Shown: piece after piece, positions 63,729-64,000 of the stretch
How the letters are laid out: each line of letters begins with the position of its first letter
Position numbering within the stretch: position 1 is the first letter of the stretch
Source: the human T2T-CHM13v2.0 reference genome, Homo sapiens
Length of the DNA stretch: 64,000 nt
Assembly (NCBI RefSeq): GCF_009914755.1
Contig: NC_060937.1
Reading direction: 5' to 3' (one strand)
Notes under the pieces: model-generated
The model's input: the letters and a program-made list of their open reading frames with translations, nothing else
Told to the model about the DNA's origin: nothing
The model's database searches: none
Program-made: the position numbers and the translations under genes

Positions 63729-64000
63729 AGCCAAGTGTGGTGGCTCACACCTGTAATTTCGGCACTTTGGGAGGCCAAGGCAGGCAGATTACTTGAGGCC
63801 AGGAGTTCAAGACCAGCCTGGCCAATATAGGGAAATCTTGTCTCTACTAAAAATTACAAAAATTAGTTGAGTGTGGTGGTGCATGCCTAGAATCCCAGCT
63901 ACTTGAGAGGCTGAGGCAGGAGAATTGCTAGAACCCAGGAGGCGGAGTTTGCAGTTAGCCCAGATTGCGCCACTGAACACCAGCCTGGATGACAAAGCGA
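63729..64000 (+). mobile_element. Alu (old S/J), cut by the window edge
   Basis: Dimeric Alu sequence running to the last base. Confidence 0.9.

Overview
Primate genomic DNA, almost certainly human. It contains the complete two-exon coding sequence of DLEU7 on the minus strand, which places the window at 13q14.3. Exon 1 (CDS 24597-24139, 153 codons) lies in a CpG island. It splices across a ~19.7 kb GT-AG intron to exon 2 (4475-4269, 68 codons plus TGA), giving a 221-aa protein ([10 protein letters not shown]...ILQNLPDI). The ORF track misses exon 2. Most of the remainder is transposon-derived: a twin-primed 5'-inverted L1PA7-like copy, a full-length degenerate L1PA10-like copy, older L1M and L2 fragments, Alus, a fossil Alu monomer, MaLR/ERV solo LTRs, and hAT/TcMar DNA transposon fossils. 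No prokaryote-type or novel enzymatic system is supported. The most unusual signals are: (1) a perfect 40-bp inverted repeat in the DLEU7 intron enclosing a diverged ~200-bp local duplication; (2) a ~1-kb probable L1 3' transduction splitting a MER1B; (3) an ATG-TGA start-stop uORF ahead of DLEU7; (4) candidate plus-strand (antisense) exons; (5) a possible second L1 transduction and other small templated insertions. Repeat subfamily names are from recalled consensus sequences, and coordinates of old repeats are approximate.
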